Source: an uncultured Actinomycetes bacterium
Lineage (GTDB): Bacteria; Actinomycetota; UBA4738; HRBIN12
Length of the DNA: 64,000 nt
Reading direction: 5' to 3'
NCBI GenBank assembly: GCA_963765865.1
Contig: CAVXYE010000005.1
Span: 59,854 to 123,853 of the forward strand
The notes beneath the pieces are model-generated. The model was not told the origin of the DNA. It was given only the letters and a program-made list of their open reading frames with translations, and did not search any database. Shown here piece after piece: positions 46,793 through 56,198 of the stretch. The position numbers and the translations under genes were made by a program. Position 1 is the first letter of the stretch. Every line of letters starts with the position of its first letter.

Positions 46793-47196
46793 GGCGTCTT
46801 CATGGGAGATCGTGTCCGGAACCGGATCGCCGGTCTTCCGTCGTCACCGGAGACGAAGCGCGGGTTCACGGTGAGTCCCTGGATCACGGTCCAGGACCAG
46901 CTCTCGCGGTCGCTCGGTCGCGGCCACTCGGTCGCGGGGACATCCGTTCCCAACGTGATCAGCAAGGACCCGTCGCTCGTCGTGATCTCGAGCTGCAGAG
47001 CATCGGCATCCGGCGAGGAATCGAGCAAGAGGATCCCCGCCTCATCGACGGCGATCCGCACCTCGTCAACGGCGTCGAAGGGCAACTGGAGCAGCGCGGC
47101 CGCACTTGCAGCCACGACGCGCAAGATATGGAGCGCATCCGGCCGCGCCGCCACGTTCACGGTGATGGGTGTCGAGAGGTCGTCCACAGGGTCCAC
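46789..47196 (-). CDS. Anti-sigma factor candidate (RsbW/UsfX-like position; degenerate ATPase fold)
   Basis: 135 aa. Its stop overlaps the sigma gene start (GTGA), as in usfX-sigF operons. It has the helix pattern LHILRVVAASAAALLQLPFDAVDEVRIAVDEA, but I see no clear G-boxes. Confidence 0.55.
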   Translation of the reverse strand: MDPVDDLSTPITVNVAARPDALHILRVVAASAAALLQLPFDAVDEVRIAVDEAGILLLDSSPDADALQLEITTSDGSLLITLGTDVPATEWPRPSDRESWSWTVIQGLTVNPRFVSGDDGRPAIRFRTRSPMKTP

Positions 47197-47229
47197 CTAT
47201 ACTAGGCCGGCGTTCGGCGAGGACCTCTG

Positions 47230-47589
47230 TTGCCGGTCGACCAAGGGGAGGTTCGTATCGAACTCGTGATCGAGGGTCGCACGATGGGGACGTGGACGGT
47301 CCTCGCGGTTGCCGGCGAGCTCGACCTTGCCACTGCGCCCGGACTCCGCGAGCGCGTTCGGGAGATGGCTCCGGACGGACCGTTGAAGGTCGCCCTGGAC
47401 CTCACCGGGGTCGGCTTCGTGGACTCGAGCGGACTCGGTGCGATCGTCGCCTGCCTCAAGCATGTTCGAGAGCTGGGAGGCGAGCTGGTGCTCATCGCGC
47501 CCGACGCGTCCCCGGTGGCGAAGCTCCTCAGCCTGACCGGGCTCGAGCCCTCGATCGCCCGCGTGCTGACCGTCGACGACCTCCGCTGA
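47230..47589 (+). CDS. STAS-domain anti-sigma-factor antagonist
   Basis: 119 aa. LAVAGELDLATAP.L...L...VALDLTGVGFVDSSGLGAIV includes the phosphorylatable DSSG motif. Confidence 0.85.
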   Translation: MPVDQGEVRIELVIEGRTMGTWTVLAVAGELDLATAPGLRERVREMAPDGPLKVALDLTGVGFVDSSGLGAIVACLKHVRELGGELVLIAPDASPVAKLLSLTGLEPSIARVLTVDDLR

Positions 47590-47599
47590 GGGTCGCGGG

Positions 47600-47950
47600 A
47601 TGAGCGGCGCCGCCGTGGACGTTCCGACGGACCCACGGATGGGAGTCACCCTGCGCGCGTTCGTGACGGCCGTGGCCAACGATCTTGGCGTGCCGGCCGA
47701 GCAGGTGGAGGACCTCGCCCTCGCGGTGTCGGAGCTCCTCGCGAGCGCGGTTGAGGGGGGCTCGCAGCGGCTCCGGATCGAGCTGGTCGGCGACGACGAA
47801 GGCTGGACGCTGCGCGCCGACGGGATCGGCGATGTCGGAGCCGAACCAGCCGATCTTCCGTACCGCCGGGTGGACCTGCTCATGGGGCTGTTCCCCTCCG
47901 TCAGCGTCGACGGATCGAACGCGACGATCAGATCCACCACGACCGTCTGA
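47600..47950 (+). CDS. Hypothetical protein resembling the N-terminal half of RsbW-type anti-sigma factors
   Basis: 116 aa. LRAFVTAVANDLGVPAEQVEDLALAVSELLASAVE...RIELVGDDEGWTLRADG parallels the 46789-47196 product. Codon bias is good. Confidence 0.4.
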   Translation: MSGAAVDVPTDPRMGVTLRAFVTAVANDLGVPAEQVEDLALAVSELLASAVEGGSQRLRIELVGDDEGWTLRADGIGDVGAEPADLPYRRVDLLMGLFPSVSVDGSNATIRSTTTV

Positions 47951-48007
47951 GCGAAGCACGCGCATACGCGCGTGCTTCGCATCTCCGCGCCGTCTCCGTC
48001 GTTCTCA

Positions 48008-48467
48008 CTACGTCTCGTACACGACCGGCTCCGGCGTCGAGAGGAACCCCGCGATCAGCACGATCACGGATCCCGCCAGCGCGAGCCACGCGCCGATCTC
48101 GATCCTGGTGTCGAGCCCTTCGATGTTCTGGCCGCTCGCGCGGAACACCTGGATCGCGAACAGACACGAAGCCCGCGATCCCGAGGGCGCCCGCGAGTCG
48201 TCCGAGCCCGCCGGTCCGTGCCGCGAGTCCGACGATGCCGAGGAGCGCAAGCACGATGAACACGAACCCCACGCTCTCGACGAAGCTGTGGGCGTGCCCG
48301 AGCTCCGTGGAGTAGAAGGCCTTCCAGCTCAGGTTCGTCCCGAGCACGCTTCGGACCCAGGGCATGAAGGCACCGATCACCATCATGCCCGCTCCAACGA
48401 GCGTGAGCACGATACGCATCACGGTCCCGGTGGCGTTCCGTGTGGGAGTGGTCGTCCCGATGGTCAT
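48008..48467 (-). pseudogene. Small polytopic membrane protein with one frame break at ~48164
   Basis: Frame A reads MRIVLTLVGAGMMVIGAFMPW...ALGIAGFV. It then continues sensibly only in the next frame: LFAIQVFRASGQNIEGLDTRIEIGAWLALAGSVIVLIAGFLSTPEPVVYET. Length is 1 mod 3. Confidence 0.5.
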
Positions 48468-48491
48468 GATCGCTCACCTCCATGCCGCGAC

Positions 48492-48516
48492 ATACCCGAT
48501 CCGGTGGCGCGCGAAC
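48492..48516 (-). promoter_or_regulatory. SigB/SigF-type promoter candidate (GTTC-N15-GGGTAT)
   Basis: On the minus strand, GTTC at 48516-48513, a 15-nt spacer, then GGGTAT at 48497-48492. It lies 24 nt upstream of the 48467 start. Confidence 0.45.
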
Positions 48517-48551
48517 CCTCGTGCGGATCCCGGGCTGGCCACGACGGACGC

Positions 48552-48576
48552 GTTTGCGACGCCGTCCGGCGGGAAA
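48552..48576 (+). promoter_or_regulatory. SigB/SigF-type promoter candidate (GTTT-N15-GGGAAA)
   Basis: GTTT at 48552-48555, a 15-nt spacer, then GGGAAA at 48571-48576. It lies 34 nt upstream of the 48611 ATG. Confidence 0.45.
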
Positions 48577-48610
48577 CGGACGCCGCGTACGGACGAGGAG
48601 GTGATGGTAG

Positions 48611-48889
48611 ATGGCGACGCGGAAGCAGACGGCCGCGGCCAAGCGGAACATCAAGAAGGCACGGACAGCAGCGAAGCGGCAACGGACGATCGCGCATCTT
48701 CCCGCCGCGGTTCGGAAGGATATGGGCCGGCAGGCCGCTCGTGCTCGGGCACGAGGCGGCAAACCCGGTCGTGGGCTGGAAGACCGCACGCGGCAGCAGC
48801 TCTACGACGAGGCCAAGAGGCGGAACATCCCTGGTCGTTCGAAGATGGGGAAGTGGGATCTCGTCGAGGCATTGCGGAAGAGCAGGTGA
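48611..48889 (+). CDS. Basic small protein with a Rho-termination-factor N-terminal (SAP-like) domain
   Basis: 92 aa with a Lys/Arg-rich N-half. The C-terminal TRQQLYDEAKRRNIPGRSKMGKWDLVEALRK is the Rho_N-type motif. Confidence 0.7.
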   Translation: MATRKQTAAAKRNIKKARTAAKRQRTIAHLPAAVRKDMGRQAARARARGGKPGRGLEDRTRQQLYDEAKRRNIPGRSKMGKWDLVEALRKSR

Positions 48890-48928
48890 GGCATCCTGAG
48901 CGCCGAAAGCCTCGCTGCAAGGATCCTC

Positions 48929-48953
48929 GTTTGCCCTCCGTCCGACCGGGGTA
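48929..48953 (+). promoter_or_regulatory. SigB/SigF-type promoter candidate (GTTT-N15-GGGGTA)
   Basis: GTTT at 48929-48932, a 15-nt spacer, then GGGGTA at 48948-48953. It lies 37 nt upstream of the 48991 ATG. Confidence 0.45.
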
Positions 48954-48990
48954 GCAACCAGCTGACGCCAGCACAACGGAGGATCAGGCG

Positions 48991-49260
48991 ATGAACGCGA
49001 TGCAGGGCAGAGGCCTGGGCGACGTCAAGACCTCCCCGAGGTACGCGACCGGCCGCGTGTGTCGGGCCGATGGTTGCGAGACGCGGCTCTCCGTCTACAA
49101 CGGGACGAATACCTGCGGGATCCACGAGGAGCGCCGGCCCTTCTACCAGCGCTCCCGATCCGGGCGGGTCGTCCAGGACGCTCCCAAGCGCCCGATGGAG
49201 GAGCGAGACGTCCTGCGTGACTGGATCCGCGGGCTCGCAGGCGCCGTCGACGCGCCGTAG
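48991..49260 (+). CDS. Small hypothetical protein with a CCCH putative zinc site
   Basis: 89 aa with a GGAGGA RBS and CRADGCETRLSVYNGTNTCGIH. I recognise no family name. Confidence 0.5.
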   Translation: MNAMQGRGLGDVKTSPRYATGRVCRADGCETRLSVYNGTNTCGIHEERRPFYQRSRSGRVVQDAPKRPMEERDVLRDWIRGLAGAVDAP

Positions 49261-49304
49261 ACCCCGCGAGGCGGTGCTCGAGCGCGCCTATCCGACTGCC
49301 GGAC

Positions 49305-49646
49305 TCAGTCGCCGAGGTGTGCGATCGCGACCCGTTTCGGCACGACCATCCGCCAGGCGTCGATGACGATCTCCTCCATCTCGTTGTCGTCGATCGCATC
49401 GAGCCGAACGTCCACCCAGTTGTAGCGCAGGTCTGACGGCGACGGCATCTGGAACGCGGAGGGTCTGGACGAGACGAGCGCGTCGCGCTCTTCCTTCGGG
49501 AAGGCGAACCCCATCACGGACTCATCGCGCGAGAAGGCGAGATAGACGATCCGCCCGACCCGGAACTTCACGCGATCGCGGACGAGCGCTTCCTCGGTCC
49601 GGGGGAGGCTCAGGGCCAGACGCCGAACACCGTCGATCGTCGCCAT
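49305..49646 (-). CDS. MmcQ/YjbR family DNA-binding protein
   Basis: 113 aa. LALSLP.TEE......V.FRV..K.F....R.E..M.F........L......F.......RYNWV is the typical YjbR pattern. Confidence 0.75.
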   Translation of the reverse strand: MATIDGVRRLALSLPRTEEALVRDRVKFRVGRIVYLAFSRDESVMGFAFPKEERDALVSSRPSAFQMPSPSDLRYNWVDVRLDAIDDNEMEEIVIDAWRMVVPKRVAIAHLGD

Positions 49647-49665
49647 GACCGCGGTCCCGCTCGCG

Positions 49666-51627
49666 TCAGACCTTCTTGAACGTCAGCGTGTACCGTCCAC
49701 CCGAGTACCACCCGTTCACGTGGATGTAGAAGACGCCTGTCTTCGGTGCCTTGAAGGTGACCTTCTCGTCGGCCGTCCTTCCGCCTGAGACCGCCTGTAA
49801 CGCCGGGCACCGTCCTCCCTTGACGAAGCATCCTGGCGTGAACTGGAAGATCTCGGTCGTCCCCGGTCGCCAGACCCACAGGTCCATGTCCGACCCCGAC
49901 GGCCCGTTCAAGACGACCTGGTAACGGGTGCCCTTGCGGAGCCTTCGCTTGTACACGTCGTTCGCGTCCGCCGGCCAGGACACGTGGCCAACCGTCGGTG
50001 ATGTGAAGGCCTTGGCGCCGTCGATGTTCCCGTCGGTGAGCGGGGTCGCGTTCGCGTTCGAGCTCGTGAGCGCACGGCGGGCATTCACCCGACCTTGCGT
50101 CCGCGTGAAGTGACCGGTGAGCAACGCCTTCCCGACGCCTGCCTCCGGTCCCCACGCGTCGTAGAGCTTGAGCGAAGCGGGGTGGATGACGGAATGCATG
50201 ATCGCGTTCTTGATCTGCAAGGCCGAATACGCCGGATGGTCTGATCGGACGAGTCCGGCGATCCCGGCGACCATCGGCGCGGCCATCGACGTGCCATCGA
50301 AGAATTCGTAGTTGGGGAAGGTATGACCCAATGACAGACCTGCTTTCACGGTGCTCAGGATGTCGACGCCCGGCGCCGCGACGTCGACCGAGTCATGCCC
50401 CCAGCTCGTGAACCCGCACTGCCACAGCGGGATGTGTTGGCTTTGGCACTGCGACACGTAGCCGTACTGGTCGCGGTCGTTGCTGGCCGCCACGGCGAGG
50501 ATGTTCTTGAGCGTGTAGCTGGCCGGATACGACGGAGCCCAGCTCGGCGGCTGCCCTTGCGGCTGTTCGTAGAACTGGATGTCGTTGTCCATGCTCGAGT
50601 TCCCGGCGGCCACCACGACCAGGATGCCGGCTTTGCCAGCCCGCGCGATCGCGGCACGCTCCGCCTTCGACCACACCGGGTCGCCGAGGCTCAGGTTGAT
50701 CACGTCGGCGTGGTTGTTGATCGCGTAGTTGATCGCCTTCAGCTCGTTCCCGAGCGTGAGGGAGGCGGCCGTGCCGATCCGTAGTGCCATGATCGTGCAG
50801 TCCGGACAGACGCCGCTGATCCCCTCGTTGTTGTCGCTCTCCGCCGCGACGATCCCCGCAACGTGGGTACCGTGCGAGTCGTCGAGCGTGTTGGCCGGCG
50901 TCGGGTTCTTGTCGTTCCCCTGGAAGTCCCAGCCGTTCACGTCGTCCTTGAATCCATTCAGGTCGTCATCGATACCATTACCCGGGATCTCTCCCGGGTT
51001 CACCCACAACCGGTTCGTGAGGTCCGGCTGGTTGATGTCGACGCCGGTGTCGATCACGGCGACGACCGCGGGCCCATGCACGGCTTGCGCGTCCCACGCC
51101 TCGGGCGCCTGGACATCGGCTCCGGCGGTGCCGTGCCGGGATTGGCCGAAACCGAAGCCTTGGTTGGTCATCTCGTGGGACTGACCCGTGTTGTTGAGTG
51201 CCCATTGCTGCTCGAAGAGCGGGTCGTTCGGGATGGCCGCGACGCTGGCGATCCGGTCCGGCTCGGCGAAACGGACCAGCGGGGATCGCTGGTAGCGCCG
51301 GATCGTCGCTGGGACGGACGTTCCACCGCTGACCTGCACGACGTCGACGTTCAACCCCGACGTCGGGGCGACCGTCCACGTGCCGAGGCGCGCGTTCAGC
51401 GCCCGCGTCGCCGGACGGGGCGCGTTCTCCTTCCACACCACGACGACATGACCGGGAACGAAGCGGGCGATGCCCGACCCCCACGGGTACTTGGCGTTGC
51501 CGGGGGCACGTGCATGCTCCGCGGACGATCGGCCGATGATGGGCGCGGGGGCGGATGCGGCCGAACCGACGAGGGACGCAGCAACCAAGGTGGCGAGCGA
51601 AACCGTGAGTCCGAACCGGGCGAGCAC
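49666..51627 (-). CDS. Secreted S8 (subtilisin) family serine peptidase with a C-terminal pre-peptidase/beta-sandwich domain
   Basis: GGAAGGAG RBS and a GTG at 51627, then the signal LARFGLTVSLATLVAASLVGSAASA. Catalytic triad contexts VAVIDTGVD, HGTHVAGI and GTSMAAPMVAG. The C-terminal ~110 aa (DVYK...YTLTF) are PPC-like. Confidence 0.9.
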   Translation of the reverse strand: MLARFGLTVSLATLVAASLVGSAASAPAPIIGRSSAEHARAPGNAKYPWGSGIARFVPGHVVVVWKENAPRPATRALNARLGTWTVAPTSGLNVDVVQVSGGTSVPATIRRYQRSPLVRFAEPDRIASVAAIPNDPLFEQQWALNNTGQSHEMTNQGFGFGQSRHGTAGADVQAPEAWDAQAVHGPAVVAVIDTGVDINQPDLTNRLWVNPGEIPGNGIDDDLNGFKDDVNGWDFQGNDKNPTPANTLDDSHGTHVAGIVAAESDNNEGISGVCPDCTIMALRIGTAASLTLGNELKAINYAINNHADVINLSLGDPVWSKAERAAIARAGKAGILVVVAAGNSSMDNDIQFYEQPQGQPPSWAPSYPASYTLKNILAVAASNDRDQYGYVSQCQSQHIPLWQCGFTSWGHDSVDVAAPGVDILSTVKAGLSLGHTFPNYEFFDGTSMAAPMVAGIAGLVRSDHPAYSALQIKNAIMHSVIHPASLKLYDAWGPEAGVGKALLTGHFTRTQGRVNARRALTSSNANATPLTDGNIDGAKAFTSPTVGHVSWPADANDVYKRRLRKGTRYQVVLNGPSGSDMDLWVWRPGTTEIFQFTPGCFVKGGRCPALQAVSGGRTADEKVTFKAPKTGVFYIHVNGWYSGGRYTLTFKKV

Positions 51628-51849
51628 AGCGACTCCTTCCGTTCCTGAGGCCGTCCCTGCGGGGCCCAGGTCATGTGGTCGACGGTGCCGCGGTCGAGCG
51701 AGGTCGCGGGCAGCGATCCGATCGGGCACGGCTCAGGCGGGCGACACAACCTAGCATGCCGACAAGCGCAACGGACCGCGCATCCGGACACTTCCGAACA
51801 TCTCGTCGGGTAGGGCTGTCCGAGGGCCGGGACGCCGTAGACCTCGCGG

Positions 51850-52812
51850 TCAGACGCCGGGCATCGTGATCACGAGCTTGCCCACCGTGTGCAGGTCCGC
51901 GAAGTCGGTCAGCGCTTGGGCTGCGTCCGACAGTGCGTACGTTCGCTTGATCGCGGCCGTGAGTTTCCCCTCTTCGATCATGGAGGCGAGCACGCCGAGG
52001 TGCGAGGGATCGCTGCCGATGTTGCGCACGTCGATCCCATCGACCTGGCTCACCTCACCGGCCCCGCCCAGCGCCGACACGGCTCGGCCGCCAGCGCGAA
52101 CGAGACCCGCGAGCGCGCCGAACTCCCCTGGATCGCGGTTGACCAGGTCGATGACCGAGTCGATCCCATCGGGATGGCGCTCGCGGACCGCTTCGATCAC
52201 GTCGTTCGAATAGTCGACGGTCTCTGCGGCCCCCAGCCCCGTCACGACGTCCTCGTCGCCGGGCTTGATCGTGGCGATCACGCTGGCGCCGCGAGCCGCC
52301 GCGAGCTGGATCGCGAAGGTTCCGACGCCGCCCGTCGCCCCGACGATGAGCACCGTCGCACCACGCGACGGGTCGATCGCGTCCACCGCGCTCATCGCCG
52401 TCGTGCCGGCGACGCCGAGCGATCCAGCCTGCCGGTCGTCGACCGCCGCCGGGGTCAGCGCCAAGGCCGCCGCGAGCGGCGTGGCGAGCTCGGCGAACGT
52501 CCCGTCGTGCACGACGCCCTTGGACCCGATGGTGCCGAAGACGCGGTCGCCGTTCCGGAACCCCTCGACACCGTCGCCGACGGCCTCAACGACGCCCGCG
52601 ACGTCCTGTCCGATCACCGCGGGGAACTCGTACGGCATGAAGGCCTTCGCCATCCCCATCGCAACGAAGCTGTCGAAGGCGTTCACGGAGGCCGCGTGGA
52701 CGCGGACGAGCACCTCTCCGGCCGCCGGTTGGGGGGCGGGGACGTGGATCACCTCGGGCGCTCGGTCGAAACCTTCGAGCGCCAACGCTTCGATCGTCGT
52801 GTCGCTTCCCAT
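51850..52812 (-). CDS. NADPH:quinone oxidoreductase / zinc-type alcohol dehydrogenase superfamily (MDR) protein
   Basis: 320 aa. GEVLVRVHAASVN..D and the cofactor motif VLIVGATGGVGTFAIQLA. Confidence 0.85.
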   Translation of the reverse strand: MGSDTTIEALALEGFDRAPEVIHVPAPQPAAGEVLVRVHAASVNAFDSFVAMGMAKAFMPYEFPAVIGQDVAGVVEAVGDGVEGFRNGDRVFGTIGSKGVVHDGTFAELATPLAAALALTPAAVDDRQAGSLGVAGTTAMSAVDAIDPSRGATVLIVGATGGVGTFAIQLAAARGASVIATIKPGDEDVVTGLGAAETVDYSNDVIEAVRERHPDGIDSVIDLVNRDPGEFGALAGLVRAGGRAVSALGGAGEVSQVDGIDVRNIGSDPSHLGVLASMIEEGKLTAAIKRTYALSDAAQALTDFADLHTVGKLVITMPGV

Positions 52813-52910
52813 GGCTGGGGCTCCCTCCTCCGCGCTCGGGATCGCGCGGTTCGCCCCGTTCTTACCTCGTTGAGGTCGATGCTATTCCGGAGCTCGGACG
52901 CGGTTCTCTC

Positions 52911-55900
52911 TCAGTCGGAGCGGTCCGCGAGCGCGTCGGCTTCGAGCCGCATCGCGATGTGCTCCGTGAGCAGATCCTCGAGCTCGTCGGTGGGGAGCGG
53001 CTTCGCGAAGAGGAAACCCTGGCCCAGATCGCATTTCATGGCGATGAGCTGTTCCAGCTGGTCGGCGCGCTCGATCCCCTCGGCAACCGGCTTGAGGTTC
53101 AGGATCGATGCGAGCTCGATCACGGCCGCGGTCAGCGCGGAGGACTCGCCGCCTTCGGTCACGCCGTCGATGAAGGACTTGTCCACCTTCAAGATGTCGA
53201 CGGGGAAGCGTCGGACGTAGTTGAGCGATGAATACCCGGTGCCGAAGTCGTCGATCGCGAGCTGGACGCCCAGCGTCTTGAGCTCCTTGAGGCGTCCGAT
53301 CGCAAGGTCCATGTCGTGGATCATCACCGACTCCGTGATCTCGAGCACCAGCTTGGAGGGATCCAGACCGCTCGCGGCGAGGGCCTCGCGTACCTCCTCG
53401 ACGATCTCCGGGCGAGCGATCTGCCGCGCGGAGAGGTTCACCGCCATGTGGAGATCGAGGGCAGCGAAGGTCTCCGCCAAACGGGCGGCGTGGTTGCACG
53501 CCTCCATCAGCACCCAGCGGCCGATCGGGACGATCAGCCCCGTCTCCTCGGCGAGCGGGATGAAATCGAGCGGCGGGACGATCCCCTTCTCCGGGTCGAA
53601 CCAGCGGATCAGCGCCTCGACACCCGTGATCTTGCCCGTCGGGAGCTCGATGACGGGCTGATAGAAGAGACGGAACTCGTCGTGATCGATCGCGCGCTGC
53701 ATCGCGGCACGCAGCTCCAGCCGTCGTAGCGCGGTGTCGTGCATCGCCGGCTCGAAGAGCTGATACCGAGCCTTGCCACTTTCCTTGGCCATGTACATCG
53801 CCACGTCGGCGTTCCGCAGGAGCTCATCGGCGCTCCCCACAGGTTCGTCGGGTTCGGCGACGGAGATCCCGATGCTCGCGCGGGCGTAGACCTCCGTCCC
53901 GTCGAGGTCGAACGGTTCCTCCAAGGTCTCGAGGATCCGGCCCGCGACGTCGGCGGCCGTCAGGCCGTCGTCACCGCCATCCTCCAAGAGCACCCCGAAC
54001 TCGTCCCCGCCGAGGCGCGCGGCCGTGTCGGCCGTCCGGAGGCGACTGACCAAGCGTTCGGCGAGCGCGACCAGGAGCTGATCGCCGGCCGCGTGGCCGA
54101 GCGAGTCGTTGATCGTCTTGAAGTCGTCGAGGTCCATGAACAGGACCGCGACCGGGCTTCCGTCGCGCGTTTGGCGTTCCAGCGCGTGGCTCACGCGATC
54201 CTGGAACAGCGCGCGATTGGCGAGACCGGTGATCTGATCGTGGAACGCCTGGTGCGACAATTGCTCCTCGAACTGCTTCCGCTCGGAGATGTCGCGCGTG
54301 TTCAGCACGATGCCCTTCACGTTCGGGTCCTTCAAGAGGTTCGTGCGGAGCGTCTCCACGTAGAGATCGCTCCCGTCCCGGTGACGCACCCGGAACTCGG
54401 TCAATCCGACGTGGGCCTCCCCGTCCGCCATCGCCGTCAGGAAGGACAACGCGCGCGTGCGATCGTCGGGCGCGATCAGCTCGGCGAAACGGCGGCCCTC
54501 CAGCTCGTCCGGTTCGAACCCCAGCACACGGTGCGCCGACGGGCTCGCGTAGCGGATCGTCGTGTCGGGCTCCGTCACCATGACGACGTCCGACGAGTTC
54601 TTCACGAGGGAGGCGAAGCGCCGCTGGCTCTGCTCGATCAGCAGGTCCTCGGTCAGGGCGGCGCTCTCGAGCGCGAGGGCGACCTGTGCCGAGAGCGCCT
54701 GGAGCGAGTCGGAGTCCTGGCGCGACAGTTCCTCGACGGCCGAGACCACCAACAGCCCACGGAGCTCGTCGCGCATGAAGAGCGGCGCCACGAAGAGCGA
54801 CCGGTGAGCCTCGGGAAGTTGGAGCATGTCAGCGATATCGTCTCGGAGCGTGACCTGGTACGCGTGGCGTCCCTCGAGACGCTCCCGCTTCCACGCCTCG
54901 AACTCGGACAGACGGACGGACGTTCCGATCGCGCCGCCGTCTTCGCCCGGCGCCGCGATGACCACCAGCTCGCCGGGGACGTCCTGCTGTTCGAAGATCC
55001 TCACGGAGACGTCGTCACCGGCAAGCGCAAGGACCGCGCGGCCCGCCGCCACGTGGATGCTGTCTCGGTTCGTGGCCGTGACCAGGTCCATCCCGGCTTC
55101 GCGGAGCGCCTGCTCATGTCGGACGTACTGTTGCTGCCGCTGCATCAGCCCCCACATGCGGATCACGACGAGGATGAACAGCAGCACCGTGGCGGCGATC
55201 AAGATCGGGAGGTCCGTGTTCTCTCCCTTCGCGCCCTCGTACGCGATGAGGACCGGAGCCATGAGGGAGGCACCGGCCAGCACCAGCAGGCGGCCGCGGG
55301 TGAGCTTCGTCTCGATGTCGGCGACGGGTTCGGACAGCTCGCGCATCGACGGGTGGAGCGCCGCCGCGCCGAACAGCACGTAGAAGGCGATCCAGCCGGC
55401 CTCCAGATAACCGCTCCCGGGCTGATACCCCGCGTCCGTGTAGAGGTTCATCCACGCGTAGAAGGCATCGGTGATGAACAGCGTGACGATCGCCGCGACG
55501 ATCAGGCGGAACGCCATGGGTTTGCGGCCCGCGCCGACCGCCAATCGGAGAGCGGCGCCCAGGAGCAGCAGGTCCGCGAGCGGGTACGCCATCGAGGTGA
55601 GCTTCACGGAGAGCGGCACGTCTTGTTGGTACGCCTGCGGCGAGATCAGGATCACCCACGAGACCACGCCGATCCCGATCGACAACATCAACGCATCCAC
55701 GAAGCTCGAGCGGTCGCGGCTCGGATCGCGGGCGTGGATCAGCAGCAAGATCCCGGCGACCAGGAACACGTACACCGCGAGATAGAACGCGTCGGCCCAG
55801 CCGGGGAACGGCGTCAGGCCATCGGCATCGAACGGGAAGAGCGCCGGCGCGATCGAATGGAACTTGTCGTAGTTGTAGGAGACGACGTCGCCCAGGATGA

Positions 55901-56096
55901 ACGTGAACATCCCGAGCGAGAACATGATCCACGGCAGCCGCTTCTCCGGCTTCCAGATACGGAGCGCCACCACGATCATCACGGGCGAGGAGAGCCCGAT
56001 GATGTTGATCACGTAGCTGACGTGCCCGGTGACGAAGTACGCCAGCGTCGCAACGGAAGCGATCGCTCCGTAGATGAGCCACAGCCGGTTCCTCAT
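52911..56096 (-). CDS. Membrane sensor with GAF/PAS, GGDEF and EAL domains (c-di-GMP turnover)
   Basis: 1061 aa with ~9 N-terminal TM helices, a PAS region, RLGGDEFGVLL (GGDEF), and EALIRW...DDFGTGYSSL...KVDKSF (EAL). Confidence 0.9.
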   Translation of the reverse strand: MRNRLWLIYGAIASVATLAYFVTGHVSYVINIIGLSSPVMIVVALRIWKPEKRLPWIMFSLGMFTFILGDVVSYNYDKFHSIAPALFPFDADGLTPFPGWADAFYLAVYVFLVAGILLLIHARDPSRDRSSFVDALMLSIGIGVVSWVILISPQAYQQDVPLSVKLTSMAYPLADLLLLGAALRLAVGAGRKPMAFRLIVAAIVTLFITDAFYAWMNLYTDAGYQPGSGYLEAGWIAFYVLFGAAALHPSMRELSEPVADIETKLTRGRLLVLAGASLMAPVLIAYEGAKGENTDLPILIAATVLLFILVVIRMWGLMQRQQQYVRHEQALREAGMDLVTATNRDSIHVAAGRAVLALAGDDVSVRIFEQQDVPGELVVIAAPGEDGGAIGTSVRLSEFEAWKRERLEGRHAYQVTLRDDIADMLQLPEAHRSLFVAPLFMRDELRGLLVVSAVEELSRQDSDSLQALSAQVALALESAALTEDLLIEQSQRRFASLVKNSSDVVMVTEPDTTIRYASPSAHRVLGFEPDELEGRRFAELIAPDDRTRALSFLTAMADGEAHVGLTEFRVRHRDGSDLYVETLRTNLLKDPNVKGIVLNTRDISERKQFEEQLSHQAFHDQITGLANRALFQDRVSHALERQTRDGSPVAVLFMDLDDFKTINDSLGHAAGDQLLVALAERLVSRLRTADTAARLGGDEFGVLLEDGGDDGLTAADVAGRILETLEEPFDLDGTEVYARASIGISVAEPDEPVGSADELLRNADVAMYMAKESGKARYQLFEPAMHDTALRRLELRAAMQRAIDHDEFRLFYQPVIELPTGKITGVEALIRWFDPEKGIVPPLDFIPLAEETGLIVPIGRWVLMEACNHAARLAETFAALDLHMAVNLSARQIARPEIVEEVREALAASGLDPSKLVLEITESVMIHDMDLAIGRLKELKTLGVQLAIDDFGTGYSSLNYVRRFPVDILKVDKSFIDGVTEGGESSALTAAVIELASILNLKPVAEGIERADQLEQLIAMKCDLGQGFLFAKPLPTDELEDLLTEHIAMRLEADALADRSD

Positions 56097-56198
56097 GACC
56101 CTTATCTATCGGCGGATGCCGCCCCGGGATGAGCGCTTTTTGGGGAACCGCCCTGAGCTAGTCCCTTTCGGGTAGTTCGAGGTCGGCTGGCCCCGCGA

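Noticed and set aside
53739-56132. 797-aa plus-strand ORF
   Set aside because: It is antisense to the GGDEF-EAL sensor gene, with shadow-frame composition.
56130-56180. GGGGAA and GGGTAG boxes in the gap between the GGDEF-EAL and alpha-oxoamine synthase genes
   Set aside because: They lie on the plus strand with no GTT element at the right spacing and no plus-strand gene downstream.
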